Shown: positions 33,894-45,031, numbered from the stretch's first letter. The stretch: 64,000 bases of DNA from an uncultured Aliarcobacter sp. (GCA_963664305.2 CAXXLV010000002.1:1600001-1664000), one strand, 5' to 3'. The notes: generated by a model not told the origin, from the sequence alone. Numbers and translations are program-made.

Positions 33894-35917
33894 TGAGTGC
33901 AAATCTAAATATCCTAAAAAGTTTTATTAACGAATACAAAGAAACATATAATATTGAAGAAATTGTTTATGATGAAGGTTTAGTAGGAGATATAAAAAAA
34001 GTTCAAGATAAACTTCTTGATGAAAAGTTTTTTCCATCAAACCAACTAAAAAATATTTTAAATAAACAAATTAGACGTGCACGTTATCCTATGGAAGTTG
34101 CAATTACTGGACAATTTTCTGCTGGTAAATCAACATTTTTAAATGCCCTTCTTTCAAGAAATATTTTACCAACAGGAATTACACCAGTTACTTCAAAAGT
34201 AAACTTTATAAATTATGGTGAAGAGTATAAACTAAAAATCACTTATCATTCAGGAGCTCAAGAGTTTGCTCCAATTGAATCAATAGCTGATTTTACAGAC
34301 CAAAGAGAACATGAGATGAAAGATATAAAATATCTTACACTTTATGCACCTATGGAAATTTTAAAAGATATCTCTTTTGTAGATACGCCAGGTCTTAACT
34401 CTCAATCTCAAAGTGATACAGAAACAACAAGAAAAGTTTTAAGAGATGTGGGTGGTATTATTTGGTTAACGCTTATTGATAATGCAGGAAAACTATCTGA
34501 AGCTGAAGTTTTAGAAGAGTATATGCAACACTTTAAAAATAAATCTTTATGTGTTTTAAATCAAAAAGATAAATTAACTCCAGAACAAGTTGAAACTACA
34601 ACAAAATATGTAAGTGAAAAATTCTCAAAATTCTTTGCTAAGGTTGTTCCAATTTCTGCAAGGATGGCACTTGAATCAAGAGCTCAACACAAAGATATTT
34701 TAATTGAAGATGAATATACAAAAATTGTAAGTCAATTTAAAAAAGATTTACTTGAAAAAAATGTTGATGATTTAGATTTCTTTGAAAATAGTTTTAAAGA
34801 GTACAAAAATAAAATTCACTCTATTCAAAACTCAGATGCAACAACAAATACAAAACTTTTAGAAGAATCAAATATTCAAGATGTATTAGATTTTATAAAT
34901 GACACAATTAGACCACAAGCAGCAGAAGCTAAAGAGTTTGCTATTAAAAAAGATTTAAAAGGTATTTGTGAAATTTTAGTAAAAGAGTATGAAACAATAA
35001 CTAAAGTTTACGATGCATTGATTGAAGTTTTAAAATCATGTGAACCAAAAGTAATTGAACATTTTGAAAATATTCATAAAAGATACTCTAAAGAACTATT
35101 TAATATCTATAACTCTTTAGAATCAATCATGGAAAAAATTGCCCATGAAACATATAAAAATATTAAAAAAAGAAAAGCTTTTAGATTTGAAGAATCGAAA
35201 GGTTTTTTAGGTGAAAAAATAGAAAAATTTGCTTATGAAACTTTCTGGATTGATTCAGACGCAGTTTATAAATCTTTATTTTATGATGACCAAACTGTAG
35301 ATAAAATGTTTAAAAGATCAATAAAACTTCTTAAAAATATCGAATTAAATACAGATGATGCCTTTAGAGAAGGTTATAATCTGATAAAAAATGAGGTTTC
35401 AAAATGGCAAGAGCCTTATGAATTAATTAGAAAACACAGAGAAATTGCATCTGATTTTGAATTTTCAAACACAAGACACTTTGCTGCTAAAGTACATGAA
35501 AATGTTTTAAAAGCTTATCAAACTGCAATTTTAGAAAATATTTCAGCTTTAAGAAAAAAATTCGCATACTTTAATGGAGCTTTATCATATTCATATATTC
35601 AAACAACTCAAGCAACTATTGCTCACTTTGAACAACAAATACATGAATCAGAAGAGTTATATAAAAAAGAGCCTTCAAGATTTTCGATTTCACATCCAAG
35701 AGAAGATGAAATTGTTGCAAAATTAAAAGCGAACTTTGGATTTGAGAAAATTGAAGATTTCTTAACTTCAAAAAGAAACTACTTATTTAAAATCATCAAG
35801 TATTCAAAAGAGCAATATCTTGAAATAAATGAAGATAGAATCAAATTTGTAACATCAAGAAAAGAACAATATCTTGATAAAATAAAAGATTTAGAGAAAA
35901 TAAAAGAGGAAATTTAA
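33893..35917 (+). CDS. Bacterial dynamin-like GTPase 2
   Basis: GQFSAGKST, PVT, DTPG, NQKD; TAATG coupling to the upstream gene. Confidence 0.88.
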   Translation: MSANLNILKSFINEYKETYNIEEIVYDEGLVGDIKKVQDKLLDEKFFPSNQLKNILNKQIRRARYPMEVAITGQFSAGKSTFLNALLSRNILPTGITPVTSKVNFINYGEEYKLKITYHSGAQEFAPIESIADFTDQREHEMKDIKYLTLYAPMEILKDISFVDTPGLNSQSQSDTETTRKVLRDVGGIIWLTLIDNAGKLSEAEVLEEYMQHFKNKSLCVLNQKDKLTPEQVETTTKYVSEKFSKFFAKVVPISARMALESRAQHKDILIEDEYTKIVSQFKKDLLEKNVDDLDFFENSFKEYKNKIHSIQNSDATTNTKLLEESNIQDVLDFINDTIRPQAAEAKEFAIKKDLKGICEILVKEYETITKVYDALIEVLKSCEPKVIEHFENIHKRYSKELFNIYNSLESIMEKIAHETYKNIKKRKAFRFEESKGFLGEKIEKFAYETFWIDSDAVYKSLFYDDQTVDKMFKRSIKLLKNIELNTDDAFREGYNLIKNEVSKWQEPYELIRKHREIASDFEFSNTRHFAAKVHENVLKAYQTAILENISALRKKFAYFNGALSYSYIQTTQATIAHFEQQIHESEELYKKEPSRFSISHPREDEIVAKLKANFGFEKIEDFLTSKRNYLFKIIKYSKEQYLEINEDRIKFVTSRKEQYLDKIKDLEKIKEEI

Positions 35918-35926
35918 TCCTCTTTT

Positions 35927-36418
35927 ATGAAATATTTAAGCCACTATCCAAAAGATTTACAAGATAAAATTAAAGTCTTAATTGATAAAGAAAAACTATC
36001 TTCTTATATAAAAACAAAATATCCTACAGCACATACATATACAAATGACAAAGCTTTATACTCATATGTAATGGATTTTAAAAATGAATATTTTAAAAAA
36101 TACCAAGTTTCAAAAGTTATGTATGATGGAAAAATAAATGTTATAAACAATGCTTTAGGAATGCACTCTATAGTTTCAAGAGTTCAAGGCTCAAAACTAA
36201 AATCAAAAAATGAGATAAGAGTTGCAAGTGTGTTTAAAAATATGCCTGAAGAATTTTTACAAATGATAGTTGTACATGAACTTGCACACTTTAAAGAAAG
36301 AGAACATGATAAAGCTTTTTATAATCTTTGTACTTTTGTAATGCCCTCTTATCATCAAGTTGAATTTGATTTAAGAGTCTATTTGACTCACATAGATTTA
36401 CTAGGAAAACTCTACTAA
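35927..36418 (+). CDS. YgjP/DUF45-like zinc metallopeptidase-fold protein
   Basis: IVVHELAHFKEREHDKAFY HExxH motif. Confidence 0.82.
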   Translation: MKYLSHYPKDLQDKIKVLIDKEKLSSYIKTKYPTAHTYTNDKALYSYVMDFKNEYFKKYQVSKVMYDGKINVINNALGMHSIVSRVQGSKLKSKNEIRVASVFKNMPEEFLQMIVVHELAHFKEREHDKAFYNLCTFVMPSYHQVEFDLRVYLTHIDLLGKLY

Positions 36419-36493
36419 AAAATTATTTTTTAATGCTTTTTTGTTGCGATACTTTAATGCTAGAATTTTCTAGAAATTTTAAAGGAGTTACAA

Positions 36494-37606
36494 ATGAGTA
36501 AATTTTTATATATTACAGATCAAGATGAATACGCTGATCATAGTTTCATAGGTCCACTATTTCAAAAATATTTAACAAAACATTTTGATATAAATACTAC
36601 ATTTTTTTCAAATACAAAAAAAGAGATAGAGTTTGAAGAAAAAGGAAGAATTATTATTCCTAAAAAGTTTCAAAATAATATTTTAGAAGAGTTAGAAAAA
36701 GCACAAATAAATCTAAATGAATTTCAGTTTGTTGTAATTAGAAATAATATCGAATTGTTAAAAGAAGTTTTAGATAAAAAACAAAATTACAACTTCAAAG
36801 TTGGATTTAGACTCTCTTTTCCAAAACGAATTGCAAAACTTCAAACAGATGAAGCAAATAATAAAAAATCATTATTTGATGCAATTACAAATAAAATAAA
36901 AACATATTCAGAAATAAATCTAATAAATAAATGTGATATATTTTTGCCAACTTCTTTTCAAATGAAAAATGACTATTTTAAAGATGTAAAAACAAGAAGT
37001 TTTGTAATTCCATCTGCAATTGACCCTGAAAATTTGCATGAAAACATTCATCATTTAGGTGAAGAAAAAAGATTTTTTTATGCAGGAACTCTTGATAAGT
37101 TAAGAGAATTTGAAACTATTTTAGAAGCATTTAGTAATATAAATAGTTCAAATTACAAATTAATGATCTCTACAAAAGACCCAGAATATTTAGATGATTT
37201 ATTAGAAAAATTTGACAATATAAAAGAAAATATTGAAGTATATAATACAAGTAATAGAAATGACCTTCTTGATTTGATTGCAAAGGCAGATATTGGACTT
37301 GCAGTTCTTCCAAATATTGCACTATTTAACTCTTCAACTCCAATGAAAGTTTTAGATTACTACTCAAGTGCAATTCCTTGTATTATGAGTAATAATGAAA
37401 ATAATGCTTCAATTTTTGAAGACAATGTTAGTGCTTGGTTTACAGATTTTGATAAAGAATCTATCAAAAACAAACTTGAATATATTATCTCTTTATCAAA
37501 AGATGAAGTAACACAAGTTGGAATTAATGGTCAAAATAGATTATTGTCTGTTAGAAATTATGAAAGAATAGCAGCTGATTTAGCTCACCAACTAAATATT
37601 TTATAA
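36494..37606 (+). CDS. Glycosyltransferase, GT-B fold (GT4-like)
   Basis: FFYAGTLDKLR, ADIGL, PMKVLDYYSSAIP. Confidence 0.82.
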   Translation: MSKFLYITDQDEYADHSFIGPLFQKYLTKHFDINTTFFSNTKKEIEFEEKGRIIIPKKFQNNILEELEKAQINLNEFQFVVIRNNIELLKEVLDKKQNYNFKVGFRLSFPKRIAKLQTDEANNKKSLFDAITNKIKTYSEINLINKCDIFLPTSFQMKNDYFKDVKTRSFVIPSAIDPENLHENIHHLGEEKRFFYAGTLDKLREFETILEAFSNINSSNYKLMISTKDPEYLDDLLEKFDNIKENIEVYNTSNRNDLLDLIAKADIGLAVLPNIALFNSSTPMKVLDYYSSAIPCIMSNNENNASIFEDNVSAWFTDFDKESIKNKLEYIISLSKDEVTQVGINGQNRLLSVRNYERIAADLAHQLNIL

Positions 37607-37626
37607 GAAGATTTTCTTCTTATAAA
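37600..37626. terminator. Hairpin at glycosyltransferase stop codon
   Basis: TTTATAAGAAG-atttt-CTTCTTATAAA. Confidence 0.55.
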
Positions 37627-37704
37627 TCTATCTTGATTCAAATCATTTATATACTTCAAACTTTTAGATAACATCACTTTTATTTTAAATTATAAAGTTT
37701 GTAA

Positions 37705-38268
37705 ATGCAAAAATTTTTTAAACAATTCAAAAAAATAAACTCTGAACCTATGGAAAAATCGAACCTTATTTGGTCATGGATTGGTTCATTTATAGGAATT
37801 CTAGCTATCTCTTTTTTTCATCGTGATATTTTAGATGATAAAGATTTAACTTTAGTTATTGGCTCTTTTGGTGCAAGTGCTGTTTTGGTTTATGGAGCTG
37901 TTAATTCTCCTTTGGCACAACCAAGAAATCTAATAGGTGGACATATTTTATCAGCGATTATTGGAGTAATATCATTTAAACTTTTTTCACAAAATCTATT
38001 GTTTGCTTCTGCATTTGCTGTTGCAACTTCTATTTTGATTATGCAATTAACCCTAACATTACATCCACCAGGAGGTGCAACTGCTTTAATTGCAGTTATT
38101 GGAAGTGAAAAAATTCATAGTTTGGGATTTTTATATGTTTTATATCCTGTAACAACAGGTGCTTTTCTTTTATTAATTATTGCTCTTGTTGTAAACAATA
38201 TTCCAAAACATAGATATTATCCTGAATCTTTAAAAGATTACAATAAAAAATGGTTTAGCGATGAATAA
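37705..38268 (+). CDS. HPP family membrane protein
   Basis: SFGASAVL, SPLAQPRN, LHPPGGA. Confidence 0.93.
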   Translation: MQKFFKQFKKINSEPMEKSNLIWSWIGSFIGILAISFFHRDILDDKDLTLVIGSFGASAVLVYGAVNSPLAQPRNLIGGHILSAIIGVISFKLFSQNLLFASAFAVATSILIMQLTLTLHPPGGATALIAVIGSEKIHSLGFLYVLYPVTTGAFLLLIIALVVNNIPKHRYYPESLKDYNKKWFSDE

Positions 38269-38435
38269 AATTCCCAAAGGAATAGAAGATGTATTAAGCA
38301 TAATATATCTATCAAAAAGGATTTATTATGTTAAATTATTTAAAAAAAGCCCTATCAGGAATTTTTGTTTCAAAATCAAAAAGTATTTATATCTACAACA
38401 AAAAGAGTTTTACAAACTAGTTGTAAAATTCTTCT

Positions 38436-40616
38436 CTATATTTTTTTTAGTTTTAATCTCAAAGAGTTTAATACAACTGTTACAGAAGAAAAACTCATAG
38501 CAATTCCAGCGTACATTGGACTTAGCATCACTCCAAATATTGGATAAAATAATCCAGCTGCTAAGGGAATTCCAGCAGCATTATAAATAAATGCCCAAAA
38601 TAGATTTTGTTTTATGATTTTCATTGATTCAATTGATAAATTAATACTTTTTAAAACAGCACTTAACTCGTTGTTAATAAGTATTATATCTCCTGCATCT
38701 TTAGTTATATCCGAACCAGAATTTAGTGTAATTCCAATATCTGCTTGTTTGATTGAAGGTGAATCATTTATTCCATCTCCCACAAACATAACCTTTGCCT
38801 CTTTTTGAAGTTCCATAATTACTTTATATTTTTCAGCAGGAAGAACTTGAGCATATACTTTTTCTATTCCTAATTTTTGAGCTACACTATTTGCTGTAGT
38901 TTTATTGTCACCTGTTAATAAAATAGGTGTTATCTCTTTTAGTTTTAAATTCTCTATTAACTCTTTAGCACCCTCTTTTATCGTATCTGCCAAGGCAAAA
39001 ACTGCAACGCATTTTTTATCAAAAGAAGTTAGGATAACTCCACTTCCTTCCTCTAGTGATTTATTGTAAAACTCTAAATATTTATTTTCTAATAAAACTT
39101 CATTTTTTTCTAAAAAATCAAGATTCCCAATCAATACTTTTTTATCTTCGAAGTCTGCACTTATTCCTTTTCCTGCTATGATTTGAATATTTGTAAATAT
39201 TTTGTCACAAGCTAGATTTTTTGCTTTTACAAAATTTACAACTGCTTTTGAAATAGGATGTTCACTTTGTGTTTCAAGTGAAGCTAATACCTCAAGATAT
39301 TTTTCTTCATACAAAGCATCTTTAACACTTATAATTCCTGTTGTTAAAGTTCCAGTTTTATCAAAAACTGCATATTTTATATCTTTTATAAGTTCAAGTA
39401 TTTCTGGATTTTTTATCAAAATTCCCTCACGTGCACCTTTTCCAACGGAACTAACTATTGCAATTGGAGTTGCTAAACCTAAAGCACAAGGGCAAGAGAT
39501 AATCAAAACAGAAATAGAAGCTAAAATAGCATCTAAGGCATCACCTAAAATAAAAAACCAAATCAAAAAAGTAACAATGGAAATAACTATAACAGTTGGC
39601 ACAAAAATATTTGCAACCTTATCCGCAAATCTACTAATTGGAAGTTTTTTACTTTGAGCTGTACTTAAAAGAGCAACTATTTTAGAAAGAGTTGTATCTT
39701 TTGACTCTTTTAAAACTTCAACTTCAATAACACCCGAAGTATTTAAAGTTCCAGCTATTACCTCATCACCTATTGTCTTATATACAGGCATTGATTCACC
39801 AGTAAGCATAGAAGTATCAATATCTGCACTTCCTTTTTTTATGATTGCATCTGTTGATATTTTTTCTCCTGATTTTATAAGAACTTTATCTCCAACTTTT
39901 AACTGTGTTGCTAAAATAGTTTTATATGTTCCATCTTCACAAATCAAAGTTGCATTCAAAGGAGCTAAATCCATCAATTTTTTTAAAAAATCTGTTGCTT
40001 TTGCTTTTGAACGCTCTTCAAGTAATCGCCCTAAAAGTATAAAAGTGATAATCACAACCGCACCATCAAAATATAAAAATCTTAAATGCTCAGGGAATAA
40101 AGAGGGAAATAAAACTACAAAAACAGAATAAAAATATGCAGCACTAGTTCCAAGAGCAACTAAAACATTCATATCATAATTTTTATTACTAACTGCCTTG
40201 TATGCCAAAATATAAAATCTTGCTCCTGCATAAAATTGAACAATCGAAGCTAAAAAAAACATCAGATATTGATTTGTTTGCATATTTTTTAGAGGAAAAA
40301 ACATAAAATAAAACATAAGTGCTGCAATACTAACACTAAGAATAAAAACTCTTTTTAGTTCGTTATATGCTTTTAGTTTACTCTTTTCCAAAGCTTCTAA
40401 ATCTTCTTCGACTGTATAACCTAGCTTTTCTATTTTATTGATTAGACTTTGTTTATCTAAAAAATTTGTGTCTATATAAAATTCGCCTTCATTTGAAGCA
40501 AAACTAACTTTTGAAGATTCTAAACCTTTCATCTTTGAAACGGCTCGTTCAATTCCATTTGAACAATTTACACAAGTCATTCCAGAAATATTTAATTTGA
40601 TTTTTTCTTTTGACAT
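38436..40616 (-). CDS. copA: Copper-translocating P1B-type ATPase
   Basis: GMTCVNC HMA, TGES, CPCALGLA, DKTGTLT, SEHP, GDGIND, YN and MxxSS Cu(I) signatures. Confidence 0.95.
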   Translation of the reverse strand: MSKEKIKLNISGMTCVNCSNGIERAVSKMKGLESSKVSFASNEGEFYIDTNFLDKQSLINKIEKLGYTVEEDLEALEKSKLKAYNELKRVFILSVSIAALMFYFMFFPLKNMQTNQYLMFFLASIVQFYAGARFYILAYKAVSNKNYDMNVLVALGTSAAYFYSVFVVLFPSLFPEHLRFLYFDGAVVIITFILLGRLLEERSKAKATDFLKKLMDLAPLNATLICEDGTYKTILATQLKVGDKVLIKSGEKISTDAIIKKGSADIDTSMLTGESMPVYKTIGDEVIAGTLNTSGVIEVEVLKESKDTTLSKIVALLSTAQSKKLPISRFADKVANIFVPTVIVISIVTFLIWFFILGDALDAILASISVLIISCPCALGLATPIAIVSSVGKGAREGILIKNPEILELIKDIKYAVFDKTGTLTTGIISVKDALYEEKYLEVLASLETQSEHPISKAVVNFVKAKNLACDKIFTNIQIIAGKGISADFEDKKVLIGNLDFLEKNEVLLENKYLEFYNKSLEEGSGVILTSFDKKCVAVFALADTIKEGAKELIENLKLKEITPILLTGDNKTTANSVAQKLGIEKVYAQVLPAEKYKVIMELQKEAKVMFVGDGINDSPSIKQADIGITLNSGSDITKDAGDIILINNELSAVLKSINLSIESMKIIKQNLFWAFIYNAAGIPLAAGLFYPIFGVMLSPMYAGIAMSFSSVTVVLNSLRLKLKKI

Positions 40617-40668
40617 TGTTATTCCTTTGTGATTCTTTTAATCACTAATAAAAAAAAATTATAAATTT

Positions 40669-40875
40669 TTACTCTTCTATAATTTCAAATCCTAAAGATG
40701 CCATCTCTTCTTTAAAAATAAGTTCTTGTTTTTCATCTGAAATTTCTACACTAACTTCTTTTGGATTAGTTTCTAAATTCACATCAATTGTTCCAAAATC
40801 ATCTTCTAGTGAACCTTTAATCAAATTTGCACAACTATTACAAGATATATTTTTAGCTTTAAATGTCTTTTTCAT
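40669..40875 (-). CDS. Heavy-metal-associated (CopZ-like) chaperone
   Basis: ISCNSC motif, 68 aa, directly upstream of copA. Confidence 0.85.
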   Translation of the reverse strand: MKKTFKAKNISCNSCANLIKGSLEDDFGTIDVNLETNPKEVSVEISDEKQELIFKEEMASLGFEIIEE

Positions 40876-40934
40876 CTTAACTCCAAATTTTTTATTATTT
40901 TAGTAGTTCATTCTAGCACTTATGAGATATATTA

Positions 40935-43049
40935 TCAATTATCTTTCGTTTCATTTGATAAATATTCATACAAATACAAATATTGTCTTAACTCTTTTAG
41001 GCTTTCAAGTTTAATTCCCTCTTCTATCCAAGCTTTAATATTTGAAGGAATTTCAAGTGGTTTTAATAACTCCTCTTTCTTCTTTTTTGAAATTTTTTCA
41101 TGTTCTGCTAATACTGAAATATGACCCAGAATTGAAGTTAATCCTAAATCTCTAATTTGTGCAATTTCTTCTACACTTTTTCCTTCATTTAAAAGTTCAT
41201 AAGTTTCAAGATATGTTTTTGTGAGTTTCTTTAATGGCTCTTTATTTTGTAATTTTTCTTTGTATTCTTCTTTTATCTCTTTAGATAAATTTAAAAAATC
41301 TTCTCCATATTTTTCATACTTTACAAGACCAACACCATTTATATTTAACATATCATCTTTTGTTATTGGAAGTTTTAAAGCAAACTCTTTTAAAGTCTTA
41401 TCACCAAAAATAACATAAGCTGGAACTTCATGTTCTAATGCAATCTCTTTTCGTAAAGTTCTAAATCTTTCGTAAATCAACTCATCAAAACTCAGTTCTG
41501 TTTCTTCCTCTTGGATTTTTGAAGCTACACCTAATTTATCACTATCTATAAAAAGTTTCTCTTTTCCTTTTAATATTTCTAATCCTAAAGAGCTTATTTT
41601 CAAAGCTCGAAATTCCCCTAAATTTAAAGCTTCTATATCTATTAATTTATCAGCAATTGCTATCCATTCATTTTTACTTTTATCAATTCCTAGATTATAA
41701 ACACTTAATTTATCATGTTCTAACTCTAAAAGTTTTTGATTTTTTGAACCCCTTAAAATATCTATGATGTGATTTAGTCCAAATCTTTGTTCACTTCTAT
41801 AAATAGCACTTAAAAGTTTTTGAGCATCAACACTTACATCTACAAGTTCAACTTCACCTTTTGTACAGTTATCACATAGAGTTTTACAAGCTTCAATCTC
41901 ATCTTCAAAATAACCTGCAATCATTTTATGACGACAATTATTACTCACACAATACCTATACATAAATTCCAATTTATCAAGGGCAGTTTGTTTGTATTCA
42001 TCATCAATAGCTTCTTCGATTTGTATTTTTCTTTTTACCTCATCACTTTTTGAATAAAGCATATAAACATAAGACATTTCACCATCACGCCCTGCCCGAC
42101 CGATTTCTTGATAGTAATTTTCAAGGGTTTTAGGTAAACTTGTATGTATTACAAAACGAATATTTGATTTATCAATTCCCATTCCAAAAGCGATGGTTGC
42201 TACTACAATATCTATTTTTTCATATACAAAATCATTAAAAACTTCATTTTTTCTGTCACTACTAAGCCCTGCATGATAGGCTTTTGCACTATATCCATTT
42301 TCACTCAAAAACTCTGCTGTTGATTCTGCTTCTTTTCTTGTAAAAGTGTAGATGATTCCACATAAACCTTTGTGAGTTTTTAAGAAGTTTAGTATTTGAG
42401 TTTTTCCGTTTGCTATTCGTGGTTCTACTTTTATATCAAGATTATCTCTTACAGTTTTTGCTCTAAAATGTTTTGGATTTTGTAAATTCAAAGATGAAGC
42501 AATATCAGCTTCAACTTTTTTTGTAGCAGTTGCAGTAAATGCACAAATTGAAGTATTTGGGAAAAATCTTTTTAGTCTATCAAGATTTCTATACTCAGCT
42601 CTAAACTCATGTCCCCAAGCAGATACACAATGGGCTTCATCTATTACAAAATAGTTTATATTTATTCGCTGTAAAACTGCTACGAATTCATTTGAAGTAA
42701 ATCTTTCAGGTGCAACATAGATAAATTTTAACTCCCCATTTAAAAGCTTTAGAAGAGTAAAACTATTTTCATCATTTGAAGTTGCTGAACTAATCATATC
42801 TGCACTAATATTTAAATCATTCAGAGCTTTTATCTGGTCTTGCATAAGTGCAATAAGAGGAGAAATTACAACAGTAGTTCCTTCCATAAGAAGAGTTGGA
42901 AGTTGATAACAAAGTGATTTTCCTCCACCTGTTGGCAAAATTGTCAAAACATCTTGTTTTGCAAGAATTGTATCAACAACTTCTTCTTGGAAAGAACGAA
43001 AAGTATCGTGTCCGAAAATATCTTTTAGTATTTGGTATTTTTTATTCAT
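40935..43049 (-). CDS. recQ: ATP-dependent DNA helicase RecQ
   Basis: PTGGGKSLCYQLP, DEAHC, ATIAFGMGID, QEIGRAGRDG, Zn-binding Cys, RQC, HRDC; start 43049 (alternative 43064). Confidence 0.97.
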   Translation of the reverse strand: MNKKYQILKDIFGHDTFRSFQEEVVDTILAKQDVLTILPTGGGKSLCYQLPTLLMEGTTVVISPLIALMQDQIKALNDLNISADMISSATSNDENSFTLLKLLNGELKFIYVAPERFTSNEFVAVLQRININYFVIDEAHCVSAWGHEFRAEYRNLDRLKRFFPNTSICAFTATATKKVEADIASSLNLQNPKHFRAKTVRDNLDIKVEPRIANGKTQILNFLKTHKGLCGIIYTFTRKEAESTAEFLSENGYSAKAYHAGLSSDRKNEVFNDFVYEKIDIVVATIAFGMGIDKSNIRFVIHTSLPKTLENYYQEIGRAGRDGEMSYVYMLYSKSDEVKRKIQIEEAIDDEYKQTALDKLEFMYRYCVSNNCRHKMIAGYFEDEIEACKTLCDNCTKGEVELVDVSVDAQKLLSAIYRSEQRFGLNHIIDILRGSKNQKLLELEHDKLSVYNLGIDKSKNEWIAIADKLIDIEALNLGEFRALKISSLGLEILKGKEKLFIDSDKLGVASKIQEEETELSFDELIYERFRTLRKEIALEHEVPAYVIFGDKTLKEFALKLPITKDDMLNINGVGLVKYEKYGEDFLNLSKEIKEEYKEKLQNKEPLKKLTKTYLETYELLNEGKSVEEIAQIRDLGLTSILGHISVLAEHEKISKKKKEELLKPLEIPSNIKAWIEEGIKLESLKELRQYLYLYEYLSNETKDN

Positions 43050-43109
43050 TTTGGATGGTAACATAGTTTGAATAAGGGGTTAGTAAAAGGTATTTAGTTA
43101 TATTTATAA

Positions 43110-44447
43110 CTAATACATTTGAATATCCTTTTCCATTTCTTTAATACTTTTATAAATTAATTTATTAAATATATATTCAATTTCATTAGATTTGACATTT
43201 TTCAAATTAAAAATATCAATTAATATCTCTCTTTTTTCATCTTTTGTTAAATCTGAAAAATTTGGTATATATTTTGTATTTGTTCTATTTTTTAAAATCT
43301 CAAAATAAGTTCGAATAAATTTTTTAACTTCTTTTTTATCATATTCAATATTGAATTTTTTAAACATATTTAATATAAAAGTATCTAATCTAAATAAAAG
43401 AGTGGTGTCATTGATTTGAGAGAAAAAATATAACCAACCATATTTTTTACCTTCAAATTTACAACCAGTAATTTTTAAATTTAATTTCCAATATAAAAAA
43501 TTTATATTTTGTTCTTTTGAATGTTTATACTGTGTGAAAATATTTATTATTGATGTATGCAAGTTATCGATAGAAGATTTTCTAACTGATATTAAATTAT
43601 TACTATATGAATAACCTAGGAAATAAAAAGTATCACTTAAACTTCCTATCTCAGTTTTATCTTTACTTTTCCCTATTTCATGTATTTTTAAATCTAAATT
43701 ATTCATATCATTTTCTAACAATTTAAATACACTAAATGTATCTTGTTTATTACATAGAATTAATATATCATCAACATATCTAAAGTATTCATAGTTTATT
43801 TGGGAAGAATGTTTCTTGTCAAATTCTATAAAATAAATTGAAGCAAGTATATTTGATATTGATAGTCCTTGAGGTACACCTTTGTTATTAGAATATTTTT
43901 CAATATATCTATTACTTTTATTTACCGTTTCTTGTTTTATTGATTTGATTAATAAATCTGTAAATTGAATTTTTTTAGTTCTTTTATATAGAAATTTAAC
44001 TAATATTTCATGATTTATAGAGGGATAAAAATTTTCTATATCCGTTTTAATATAGCTATCAAATTTACCACTTTGAATACTTGTTTTTATTTTATTTATT
44101 TTTGAATGAATTAATTCATTTGTTAATTCCTCTTCAAATATCTCATTCAATGTATTAAAAATAATTTTTAGTACTATTTTATCTCTTATTGTAGGAATTG
44201 AAATTATTCTTGGAAATTTATTTTTACCTTTTGAAATTAATTTTTCTTTATAAAATGAAAAATTATATGTTTTATTCAAAATTTTCCTATTTATTAATTC
44301 AAACTCAGAATTTTGTTTTTTTTCATAACTTTTAATATTTATGCCATCAATTCCTATTGATGGCTTATTCTTAATAGTATCATCAAAAACTTTTTTTATA
44401 TTTTTTATTTTGATATTTTTATTAAATATCCTGAATGGATATTTCAT
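43110..44447 (-). CDS. Reverse transcriptase, defence-associated UG/Abi type (UG17/DRT10-like)
   Basis: GIDG (RT0), PRIISIPTIRDKI, TDIENFYPSINH, GVPQGLSISNILASIY, RYVDDILI, YFLGY; no retron VTG/NAxxH, no endonuclease; ATGA-coupled to a SLATT gene. Confidence 0.9.
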   Translation of the reverse strand: MKYPFRIFNKNIKIKNIKKVFDDTIKNKPSIGIDGINIKSYEKKQNSEFELINRKILNKTYNFSFYKEKLISKGKNKFPRIISIPTIRDKIVLKIIFNTLNEIFEEELTNELIHSKINKIKTSIQSGKFDSYIKTDIENFYPSINHEILVKFLYKRTKKIQFTDLLIKSIKQETVNKSNRYIEKYSNNKGVPQGLSISNILASIYFIEFDKKHSSQINYEYFRYVDDILILCNKQDTFSVFKLLENDMNNLDLKIHEIGKSKDKTEIGSLSDTFYFLGYSYSNNLISVRKSSIDNLHTSIINIFTQYKHSKEQNINFLYWKLNLKITGCKFEGKKYGWLYFFSQINDTTLLFRLDTFILNMFKKFNIEYDKKEVKKFIRTYFEILKNRTNTKYIPNFSDLTKDEKREILIDIFNLKNVKSNEIEYIFNKLIYKSIKEMEKDIQMY

Positions 44448-45007
44448 TGAAAAGATATACTTACAATTAAAATAATAACTGGAAGTATGACTAAAAAGAA
44501 AAGTGTAACAAAATCTCTAATTTTATACATCCATCTTTTTACACTTTTTTCAAATGTCCATTTTCCATTAATTTCTTCATACTTTTTTTGGTTTCTAACT
44601 TCATGCATTACTTGTAAATAATCATTTTCCGAATGATTTTCTGTTAAACTAATTATCATATTATATTGATTTTTCAAATCACTATAATCTTCTTTATTAT
44701 TTTCTTTTTTGAGAATATCATCATATAATTTTGCCATCAGTACATATGATGTTTGAAGTATCAAGGCTCTTTCTTTATAATTCATTGCAAAAATAAAAAT
44801 TGATACTATAACTATCAATATAGATAAAATTAATGTTAATATTTCAAAATTTATATTTTCACATTTAATATCAACAATAGTAATTGCAATTATAAAAAAA
44901 GAATAATATGCAATCAATATTTGAGAAATTAAATCATTTCTCTTAAATCTTTCAGAAGTATTAATTCTAGATTTTCTTGTTTTCCATACATTATCACTAA
45001 AAGCCAT
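44444..45007 (-). CDS. SLATT-domain membrane effector (SLATT_5-like)
   Basis: N-terminal WKTRKSRINTSERF helix, two TMs, helical region with ENHS, third C-terminal TM; adjacent to RT. Confidence 0.82.
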   Translation of the reverse strand: MAFSDNVWKTRKSRINTSERFKRNDLISQILIAYYSFFIIAITIVDIKCENINFEILTLILSILIVIVSIFIFAMNYKERALILQTSYVLMAKLYDDILKKENNKEDYSDLKNQYNMIISLTENHSENDYLQVMHEVRNQKKYEEINGKWTFEKSVKRWMYKIRDFVTLFFLVILPVIILIVSISFQ

Positions 45008-45031
45008 ATAAAGTCCCTATTAAAGTTAAGA

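Noticed and set aside
38261..38547. Short plus-strand ORFs after the HPP gene
   Set aside because: Overlap the convergent copA 3' end, no motifs or clear RBS; cannot be supported.
43110..44447. Group II intron or DGR reverse transcriptase
   Set aside because: No room for intron RNA domains, no recognisable domain V, no interrupted gene, no TR/VR pair or Avd gene; YVDD rather than YADD.
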